A stretch of 64,000 nt of DNA from an uncultured Eubacteriales bacterium. Its GTDB lineage: Bacteria > Bacillota_I > Bacilli_A > RF39 > UBA660. The notes beneath the pieces are model-generated. The model was not told the DNA's origin, made no database searches, and was given only the letters and a program-made list of their open reading frames with translations. Below are positions 50,780-58,745 of this stretch, piece after piece. The position numbers and the translations under genes were made by a program. Positions within the stretch are counted from its first letter, which is position 1. Every line of letters starts with the position of its first letter. The stretch is taken from NCBI GenBank assembly GCA_905188025.1, contig CAJJKI010000004.1, forward strand, positions 8,629 through 72,628, written 5' to 3'.

Positions 50780-51045
50780 AATGTTTTTGTTGACATTATT
50801 AATTTTAGCATAATTTGTTTTGTTTGACAATAGATATTTTATAATTATGAGAAAAATTAGAGTTATAAGAATAATTTTGAAGACATAATAGACATAAGTA
50901 TAGTTTTAAAGACATAATTATCATATTGTTGTTATGTTAATATAATTTCTAACATGTATTGTTGTGTATTATTTGATAAGATAAGAAAAAAGAAAGCTTT
51001 ATATTGATATATTTTTATCAACTAGGCTTTCTTTATTTGATTATT

Positions 51046-52698
51046 TTATTTATTAATTACTTGATTGATTCTAGAAGTTATTCTTTCTTTTCCTAATAAT
51101 TTCATTATTTCATATAAATCTGGAGTCATTGAACTGCTAGTTAAAGCTACTCTTATAACTGTAGAGATATCAGCTACACTTCCCTTATAATTATCAGGAT
51201 TTTCTTTATACTCTTTCATATTTGAACAATATCCTAATTCATCAGTTAACTCTTTGATTTTATTGAACCAAGTATCTTTATCATCATTTTCTTGATAATA
51301 TTTTTCTAAATATGTTTTTAATATTTTAGATATTTCTTTATCATCAGTTATTTTTTGAAAATCATATTCTACATTAGTAAATAATTCATCATACATGTAC
51401 CAAATATTTTTTTTGATGCTTGACCATGATTCATAATCTTTACGGGGCTTTTTTTGATAACGTTCAATACTGAATATATTGATAGTGTATTCTTTATATT
51501 TCTCTAATAATTCATGTAATTCTTTATCATATGTTGCTGACCAGTTTAGTACATTTTCATATACTTCTTCAGCTGATAGGAAACTAATATAATTACGAGA
51601 AATGTTGATTAGTTTTTCAACGTCAAATAAAGATCCACTGGCAGATATTTTTTTGAAATCAAATTTAAAGTCATCAAGGGTTTTGTCTTTGTTTTGATCA
51701 TACCATTGTTCAAAGTTAGTATTAGCAATTGTCATTAAATATAAATGAACGGCTTTGATAGGAATACCTAATTCAGCATAATAACTCATGGCTGCTTCTG
51801 GGTCTTTACGTTTAGATAATTTACGTTTTGTCTCCCCTTCTTGTTTTAGAATTGGAGATAAGTGAGCATATTTAGGGGGCTCAAAGCCAAACATTTGAAA
51901 TAGTTGAATATGAACTGGTAGAGATGAAACCCATTCGTCTCCACGAGTAACATGAGTTGTACGCATTAAATGATCATCTACTAAGTGAGCAAAGTGATAT
52001 GTTGGAAGTCCATCTGACTTCATAATTACGATATCTAAATCATTTTCTGGAAATTCAATTTTTCCTTTTACTAAGTCATTAACTATAATTTTCTTTTCAA
52101 AATCGCCAGGTGATTTTAATCTAATGATAAACTTTTCACCATTTTTGATACGATTATAGGCTTCTTCTATTTTTAAATTACGACAAACTGCATAACGGCC
52201 ATAATAACCTATTCTTGATTTTGTAGCTTCTTGCATTTCACGGATTTCTTTAAGATGATCTTCAGAACAGAAACAAGGATATGCCATTCCTACTTCAAGT
52301 AAATGTTTAATAAATGCTTGATATATTTCTTTTCTTTCACTTTGAATGTATGGGCCATATGCTCCGATGGATTCAGTACGAGATAAGGCTCCCTCATCAA
52401 TTTTTATTTCAAAGTTTTGCAAATCTTTAACAATTCCTTCAATACCATTTGGCACTTCTCTTTTTTGATCGGTGTCTTCAATACGTAAGTAAAAAACTCC
52501 TTTGGTATCTTTGGCAGCTTTGCTAGATATAAATGAAGCTAATAAACTACCCATATGTACAAATCCAGTTGGACTTGGGGCAAAACGAGTAACCATTGCT
52601 CCTTCAGGTAGATCTCTTTTTGGATAGATTTTTTCATAATCTTCGATGGTTTTTGTAATGTTAGGAAATATTAGATCAGCTAAATCTTTATTTGTCAT
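51046..52698 (-). CDS. gltX: glutamate--tRNA ligase (long form, about 550 aa)
   Basis: Class I motifs RFAPSPTGFVHMGS (HIGH variant) and KLSKRK (KMSKS), plus the GluRS-type YLRIEDTDQKR rather than the GlnRS RFDDTNP. I chose the ATG at 52698, preceded by AAAGGAG. Confidence 0.88.
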   Translation of the reverse strand: MTNKDLADLIFPNITKTIEDYEKIYPKRDLPEGAMVTRFAPSPTGFVHMGSLLASFISSKAAKDTKGVFYLRIEDTDQKREVPNGIEGIVKDLQNFEIKIDEGALSRTESIGAYGPYIQSERKEIYQAFIKHLLEVGMAYPCFCSEDHLKEIREMQEATKSRIGYYGRYAVCRNLKIEEAYNRIKNGEKFIIRLKSPGDFEKKIIVNDLVKGKIEFPENDLDIVIMKSDGLPTYHFAHLVDDHLMRTTHVTRGDEWVSSLPVHIQLFQMFGFEPPKYAHLSPILKQEGETKRKLSKRKDPEAAMSYYAELGIPIKAVHLYLMTIANTNFEQWYDQNKDKTLDDFKFDFKKISASGSLFDVEKLINISRNYISFLSAEEVYENVLNWSATYDKELHELLEKYKEYTINIFSIERYQKKPRKDYESWSSIKKNIWYMYDELFTNVEYDFQKITDDKEISKILKTYLEKYYQENDDKDTWFNKIKELTDELGYCSNMKEYKENPDNYKGSVADISTVIRVALTSSSMTPDLYEIMKLLGKERITSRINQVINK

Positions 52699-53056
52699 AT
52701 TAATCACTCCTTTGTAAATAAATCTTAAATAAAATTAAGGACATTACTAATTTATATTTAACCACTTTTTAAGATATTAGTCAACGATTATTGGAAATTA
52801 GCACTAGATACATAAAAAAATAGATGACATAAGATTTTTATTGGAAATTGAAAAACTTATCAAATTTAAAATGATAATTACAAATAAAAGAATTCTATAT
52901 TTTATTATATTGTTATATTTTTAAAAGTAATGTTTTCTTGATGATATTTTATGTTGTATCTATTGAATATGCTATCTACACGTATGTACCTAAATTGTAC
53001 CTATTTTATAAATTTTAAAGTAAATATCTCATAAAACAAGAGATAAAGTGTTTTTG

Positions 53057-53085
53057 CAAAAGAAAATCCCTTATAAAATAAGGGA
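53057..53085 (-). terminator. rho-independent terminator after tRNA-Gln(CUG)
   Basis: The minus strand has TCCCTTAT-TTT-ATAAGGGA followed by TTTTCTTTT. Confidence 0.65.
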
Positions 53086-53096
53086 GTATTTCATAG

Positions 53097-53170
53097 TGGT
53101 TGCCCCAGCTAGATTCGAACTAGCGATGATGGAGTCAGAGTCCACTGCCTTACCGCTTGGCTATGGGGCA
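53097..53170 (-). tRNA. tRNA-Gln (CUG)
   Basis: The reverse complement is TGCCCCATAGCCAAGCGGTAAGGCAGTGGACTCTGACTCCATCATCGCTAGTTCGAATCTAGCTGGGGCAACCA. It has a U1:A72 pair like the UUG isoacceptor at 21864. Anticodon loop C-U-CUG-A-C. Confidence 0.85.
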
Positions 53171-53233
53171 ATAATTTTTACTGGCAATTAAGATTATATC
53201 ACAAAAAGAGAAGAAAAAAAAGACTTTCGTCTT

Positions 53234-54028
53234 TTAAAAGCAAAAATATTTAACTAAAATTATGATAGCAAAAATTATACGATAAATAGCGAAAATTGAA
53301 AAATCATGCTTTTTAACATAGTTTAGAAGAAATTTAATTGAGAATAATCCTACTAGGAATGACACTAGGACACCTACTATAGTTTCCCAAGTAAATGCAA
53401 TATGACCAATTTCAAGTATTGTGGCTCCGGCAATGATGGGAACGGATAAAAGAAATGTAAACTTAGTAGCAGCTGTTTTTGAAAGCCCTACTAGTCTAGC
53501 AGTAAGTATTGTTGTACCACTTCGAGAAAAACCGGGAATAATAGCGAGAGCTTGAGATAATCCAATAATTAAGGCTTGAGAAAATGATATGTGTTTGAAG
53601 TCCGTCTCAATGCGATAATGATTATCAGCCCACTTGTCTCCAATATAAATTAATATACCCATGACGGCAAGAGCTGTGGCAATTAACCATATTTTTTCTC
53701 GGAAAATGTTTTCAATAACGTCATCAAGAAGAAACCCTAAAACAGCTCCAGGAATAGTGGCTACTACTAGATACCAAAACATAGTGTTATCAAAGGAGTT
53801 TTTCTTTTGAGTTATTTTTTCATAGGCTCCGGTTAATAAATGCCACCAATCTTCAAAGAAAACTACCAATACAGCAAGTAATGTACCAAAGTGTAAGGCG
53901 ACATCGAATGCAAGGGTCGATTTTTCCCAACCAAAGAGATATGGTACTAAAATTAAATGAGCTGATGAAGAGATAGGAAGAAATTCTCCTATTCCTTGAA
54001 TAATTCCTAAAATTATACTTTTTAGCAT
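53234..54028 (-). CDS. uppP: undecaprenyl-diphosphate phosphatase
   Basis: 264 aa polytopic protein with GIGEFLPISSSAHL and PGFSRSGTTI, the BacA/UppP signature motifs. Confidence 0.93.
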   Translation of the reverse strand: MLKSIILGIIQGIGEFLPISSSAHLILVPYLFGWEKSTLAFDVALHFGTLLAVLVVFFEDWWHLLTGAYEKITQKKNSFDNTMFWYLVVATIPGAVLGFLLDDVIENIFREKIWLIATALAVMGILIYIGDKWADNHYRIETDFKHISFSQALIIGLSQALAIIPGFSRSGTTILTARLVGLSKTAATKFTFLLSVPIIAGATILEIGHIAFTWETIVGVLVSFLVGLFSIKFLLNYVKKHDFSIFAIYRIIFAIIILVKYFCF

Positions 54029-54055
54029 AAATACATCTCCTTGATTAATTATATT

Positions 54056-56401
54056 TTATTTTTGGTTAATAAATTCTAACAAACTAATAAACATATTAAT
54101 ATATTTAGGTTCTAGCCCTTGTCTTCTTAGTTTTCTTAGACCAATACGCTTTTTATTTATTGATAGATCACTAAAAATAATTTCATCTACGCTTTCTTTA
54201 ATAATCGTTTCTATTTTTAGATCATCAAGTATTCCTTCTATTTCTTTGTTGATAACGCTTATGGTTTCTATTTCTAAATTATTACCAAGTAAAAGTACTT
54301 CTAATGGTTCATAAACATTAATATCTTTTAGTTCAAGAAGGAGATCATTCTTTTCAACAATAGCTTGGCATTCTTTAGTTTGTCTTTGATATTTTACGAT
54401 TATTTTATCGGGATTTTTCATATTTTTAAAACGCAACAAATATGTACGATTAGGTACGTTTAAGTTGCCATCTTTTTTTGTGATTGTAAATTTATAACCA
54501 TTTTCAACACGATCTAAATTCATTTTGACAATTATGTAATTATAATTCTTATTTAGTGATATCCCATCATCTTCATATAATTCATAACTACTATAAAGGC
54601 CATTTTCTGCTGGAAAAATTTGTATTTCCATGTTTCGTGGAAGATCTGAGGTATCATCTAGAGACATAGGAATTATTGAGCCTTCTTTAACAAATATTGG
54701 ATAATCCTCATCTTTGTAGAAGTTTACATAGTACTTGTTTCCGGCAAATTTTTTACCTGAGAAATAATCATACCAAGTGCCACTAGGAATAAATATGCGC
54801 TGAACAACACGATTCATTTCTATATTTTTCTTTTTAATGATTGGACTTATCATGATACGACTGCCAAAGAAATATTGATTTACATAATTTGGCTCATCAT
54901 ATATTTTTGGATATTTATAATATAGTGGTTGTATTAAAGGAACTCCATATTCGTGATAATTATATCCTTCATTATATATGTATGGTATTAATTTATTTCT
55001 TAACTGCATATATGTTCTTATAACTGATAAATTTAATTGGTTCCATTTCCATGGCTCACGTTTGTAATATTTTCCAGTATCTCCCGCTAAAATGAAGATG
55101 GGATTGAAGACACCAAATTGGATATAGCGAAGATATAGTTCATCATCTTCAATACCTCCATAATATCCTCCAATAGCATGTGCGTGCCAAGTTATTCCAA
55201 GATTAGCGGCACTGTTATTGTATGTTGGAAGGGCTTTTAAGGTATCCCAACTAACACGTGTTTGTCCACTGTAGATAATGGGGTATCTATGAGGAGCTAT
55301 TCCTGGGTTTCTTGATAATATTACCCCTACTTCATTTAAATTGGCAATTACATAGTGATAGTGATTTAGGAGGAAAAGGCCTTGTTTATCTTTTTCATTA
55401 TTATAATCAATATTAAAAATATTTATACCGGTTGATTTTAAATTACTGATAACTGTATTTAAATAGATACTAATAGTATTGTTATTTAATGGTATGAAGC
55501 TTAAATATTTGTTATCGTAATTGTTTATGGCATTAGACAAAGTATTAAATAGTGGATCTTTAGGATAAATTGGTAATTCTGGATTTATAGTTAGTCCAAA
55601 TTTTACTCTTTTACTTTTGTAATATTTATTTAAAATATTTGTATCAAACAATGTACGATCATAAGTAAAATTTTCTTCTCTATTATGCCATTTGTCTCCG
55701 AGAAGAAAGACAGATATTGGTAAGTGATTATCATAAAATTCTTTTAAAATATTATCAATATCATACATATTGTAAGGATCATTTTTATACCACCAAGTAC
55801 CTAGAGTATAACGTGGAATCATTGGCGGGTATCCTGTTAGATTAAAATAGTCTTGGAGACAGAGGCCTAAATCTTTGTTGTATACGAAAAGATACATATC
55901 ATAAGTAGTTTCACGTGGAATAAAATTATCATTTTCTAAAACAAGATTAGTACTATCATCAAGGGTAGCAAATCCATCAAATGAATATAGGCCTTTATCT
56001 AACTTTAAATTATTTTCTAAATAATCTAATGAGTAATTAATGCTTCCTAGATTACGGATTTCTTTGTGAGATGGATACCATTCACGATCAGTACCATTTA
56101 CTTTTACTTTTAGATTTTTACTGTTCATTGGTGTACCTTTTACATATGTTAAGGTGAAATATTCGGTGGTTATTGTGAGAGATAGTTCTGTTTGTTCTAC
56201 AGTAAAATTAGTAGAACCAAAATTTCTTTTTACTACTAGTGATGTAGCACGATTTTCAAATTTATTATCTTTATTATATTCAATTCTTATGAGGCGTGGT
56301 GAGAGAATGCTAAAACGATATTTGTCACCAGTAATGATATTTTTTTGTTCTGGTATTAAATCACGATTATTTTTAATAAAATATGCACTTAAACTAGCCA
56401 T
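54056..56401 (-). CDS. glycoside hydrolase family 31-like protein
   Basis: About 781 aa with GH31-like blocks: NIDYNNE (nucleophile region), HRYPIIYSGQTRVSWDTL (WxGD region, with D apparently Q), AIGGYYGG and LRYIQFGVFNPIF. I chose the ATG at 56401, preceded by AAAGGGTGA. Confidence 0.65.
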   Translation of the reverse strand: MASLSAYFIKNNRDLIPEQKNIITGDKYRFSILSPRLIRIEYNKDNKFENRATSLVVKRNFGSTNFTVEQTELSLTITTEYFTLTYVKGTPMNSKNLKVKVNGTDREWYPSHKEIRNLGSINYSLDYLENNLKLDKGLYSFDGFATLDDSTNLVLENDNFIPRETTYDMYLFVYNKDLGLCLQDYFNLTGYPPMIPRYTLGTWWYKNDPYNMYDIDNILKEFYDNHLPISVFLLGDKWHNREENFTYDRTLFDTNILNKYYKSKRVKFGLTINPELPIYPKDPLFNTLSNAINNYDNKYLSFIPLNNNTISIYLNTVISNLKSTGINIFNIDYNNEKDKQGLFLLNHYHYVIANLNEVGVILSRNPGIAPHRYPIIYSGQTRVSWDTLKALPTYNNSAANLGITWHAHAIGGYYGGIEDDELYLRYIQFGVFNPIFILAGDTGKYYKREPWKWNQLNLSVIRTYMQLRNKLIPYIYNEGYNYHEYGVPLIQPLYYKYPKIYDEPNYVNQYFFGSRIMISPIIKKKNIEMNRVVQRIFIPSGTWYDYFSGKKFAGNKYYVNFYKDEDYPIFVKEGSIIPMSLDDTSDLPRNMEIQIFPAENGLYSSYELYEDDGISLNKNYNYIIVKMNLDRVENGYKFTITKKDGNLNVPNRTYLLRFKNMKNPDKIIVKYQRQTKECQAIVEKNDLLLELKDINVYEPLEVLLLGNNLEIETISVINKEIEGILDDLKIETIIKESVDEIIFSDLSINKKRIGLRKLRRQGLEPKYINMFISLLEFINQK

Positions 56402-56508
56402 TTCAATCACCCTTTATCTTTAGTTAATTATATCATATCTTGTAGAAAAAAGAAATATTTTTTTAGAATTTAAAAGCGCCTTGTAATGACACAAAGCGCT
56501 TAATGTTA

Positions 56509-58707
56509 TTATTTAATGATTATTCTAGTAGTTAAATAGTTACTTGCTGTATCAGTAGTAGCGCTATAACTAAAAATACTAGAATTTTTTTGATTAGCAA
56601 TGCCTCCCCTAGCTAACCAATTGTTAGTGGTATCAATCCATGTGCCAGTAACATTAGATAACTCTTTGGTAGCATCTCCTAAAATGAATGTGTCTTTATA
56701 ATATAAATCATAGTCTTTATTGCTGATTGGAATATTTGCAAAATTACTATTATCAAGTGATAACTCATTAAGCGTTTCAGTGTAATTTGACATTGTAAAC
56801 TCAGCAGCACTACCAGACATATCATATACTCCATAACTATTACCAGTAGTGGTATCGCTTAAATTTGTACCACTTACGTAAGTGTTATTTGGTGATATAG
56901 TTTGGCATGTATTATTATCACAAACACCATATTTGCTATGTGAAAGATATGCTATTGCTCCCCATTCGCTATTTTTTATCATGCTGTAATTAGTACCAAG
57001 TTTTTTGATTTGTTGATAGTAATCTGATAAATAATTATTGACCCAAACATTAGCATTTGGTTTTGATTCGATTTGGTTATTATTATTTGATACTTCGTAT
57101 TTGCTTACCCAAAAGCCAGTTAACTCGGTATCTATATTAGTAAATGCTGGATGAGTATAATATTTATCATTATCATTTTTAGTTATTTTAGTTATTAGTA
57201 AATCATCGCTATAGCAAGTATTATCTTTACAATGAATTACTCCTGAAGAATCGGTATTTTTTTCAAAGATTATATCGATACCAGTTTCTTCAGCATTGTA
57301 ACTAGAGATATTTTCTCCGGTAGCATTCCATAATTTATATTTAAAACGTGGAATCCATACATAATAAGAATTTATATCTTTATTATTAATAGTAGTGCCA
57401 AGTGGTTGTGATTTGTAGTATTCTTTTAGAGTCATTGGTGTAAATTCGTTATAACCTTCTATTAAGTTTTCATATACAACATCAATACTTGTTTTATAAT
57501 TGCTGTTTATAACATTTTCTGAAATAATATCGTTATAGATATAAATATCACCAACTGTAATATTAGATACGGTATTATCTTCTTTATTATTGCCTATTTT
57601 AAAGCTTGATGATGAAATTATATTTCCTCTTATATTTGTACTTGATATTTTTGCTCCGTTGGCATAGAAATTTAAATTGTTACCATCGTAAGTGAATCCA
57701 AGAATATACCAAGTATTTTCACTGATAGTATATGTTTCAGAGCTAACTGAAACTCCATCATTTTCAAAAACAAATTTCTTTGTTTCTAAATTATAATAAT
57801 AATTTATTTTATCATTTGTGATTAAAGCTATTTTTCCGCTTGCTAACTCATTTGCTTTTATTCTTAAAATTGCACTTATGTTAGAGTTGTTATAATTTGA
57901 TAAACCAATATCTAATGGTGAACCTTCAAGAATAAGATTGCCATTATTGATGGTAGGATTATTTAGTTTCAAATCATTGTTACGAGTTAAATCATAAATT
58001 ACTTTTTCACTATCATTGATAATTACACTGTTAGCCCAAATGCTAGCGTTATAATCATACCAACGATATGACTCGATTGTGTTGCTTTCATCAGCTTTAC
58101 GCCATACTTTAGCATTTTCATCATAATATATTGGAATCATTTTATCTGATTGATTTGGTCTATTAGCACCACTATTATCAAGAGTTTTATAGATAGCTGT
58201 TCCTGAAGATACTACTTTAGCAATAAACTTTTTGCCTAATTCAATATTTGGAGTATCCATATCTAACCAAATATTAATTTTGAATGTTTGTTCTTCTCCA
58301 GGATAAATTATTAAATCAGATGCAATCACATTATTTGTAGTAAATAAGGTATGTGGTAAATTATCGTTGACTTTTACTTTGATATATTTGTTATCAATAA
58401 CATTCTCATTATCACTTGATAGCATTTTTAGATCATACTTATATATTAGATTACCAGTATTTTTTATAGTTAAAGTGTATGGCTCTAGAATGGTACCAGC
58501 ACTATCGTTCATTGGAAATGCTGACTCTAGAGTTATTTGTTTATCTTCGGTGAATTTTAAATCAAGTAGTCCAGTATTATAGTTAAAGGTGTTAGTGGTA
58601 TCAGACTTGATGAATAATGAATATGTGGTTCCACTTAAACTAACGATTACGAATAAAACGGCTAAGGCCATAATATAATTCTTCTTAGCTTCAATAAATC
58701 TTATCAT
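56509..58707 (-). CDS. large modular secreted protein: SipW-cognate signal, TasA/BsaA-like N-domain, LamG-like jelly-roll and C-terminal FGE-sulfatase/C-type-lectin-like domain
   Basis: ATG at 58707 (AGAGGTGA upstream). The signal is KKNYIMALAVLFVIVSLSGTTYSLFIKSD. The family block is FKINIWLDMDTPNIELGKKFIAKVVS. The LamG pattern is NTWYILGFTYDGNNLNFYANGAKI...FKIGNN...VGDIYIYNDIISEN. The FGE-like pattern is GFWVSKYEVS...SEWGAIAYL...YGVYDMSGSAAEF...WLARGG. Confidence 0.7.
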   Translation of the reverse strand: MIRFIEAKKNYIMALAVLFVIVSLSGTTYSLFIKSDTTNTFNYNTGLLDLKFTEDKQITLESAFPMNDSAGTILEPYTLTIKNTGNLIYKYDLKMLSSDNENVIDNKYIKVKVNDNLPHTLFTTNNVIASDLIIYPGEEQTFKINIWLDMDTPNIELGKKFIAKVVSSGTAIYKTLDNSGANRPNQSDKMIPIYYDENAKVWRKADESNTIESYRWYDYNASIWANSVIINDSEKVIYDLTRNNDLKLNNPTINNGNLILEGSPLDIGLSNYNNSNISAILRIKANELASGKIALITNDKINYYYNLETKKFVFENDGVSVSSETYTISENTWYILGFTYDGNNLNFYANGAKISSTNIRGNIISSSSFKIGNNKEDNTVSNITVGDIYIYNDIISENVINSNYKTSIDVVYENLIEGYNEFTPMTLKEYYKSQPLGTTINNKDINSYYVWIPRFKYKLWNATGENISSYNAEETGIDIIFEKNTDSSGVIHCKDNTCYSDDLLITKITKNDNDKYYTHPAFTNIDTELTGFWVSKYEVSNNNNQIESKPNANVWVNNYLSDYYQQIKKLGTNYSMIKNSEWGAIAYLSHSKYGVCDNNTCQTISPNNTYVSGTNLSDTTTGNSYGVYDMSGSAAEFTMSNYTETLNELSLDNSNFANIPISNKDYDLYYKDTFILGDATKELSNVTGTWIDTTNNWLARGGIANQKNSSIFSYSATTDTASNYLTTRIIIK

Positions 58708-58745
58708 TAGTATCACCTCTTATTCTTATAATTTTATTTGTTATA

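Noticed and set aside
56509-57114. C-terminal FGE-sulfatase/C-type-lectin-fold domain as a possible diversity-generating retroelement (DGR) target
   Set aside because: DGR variable proteins often use this fold. However, the window contains no reverse transcriptase ORF, no accessory gene, and no template repeat matching the gene's 3' end. The downstream spacer is only about 100 nt of AT-rich sequence ending in a terminator-like hairpin.
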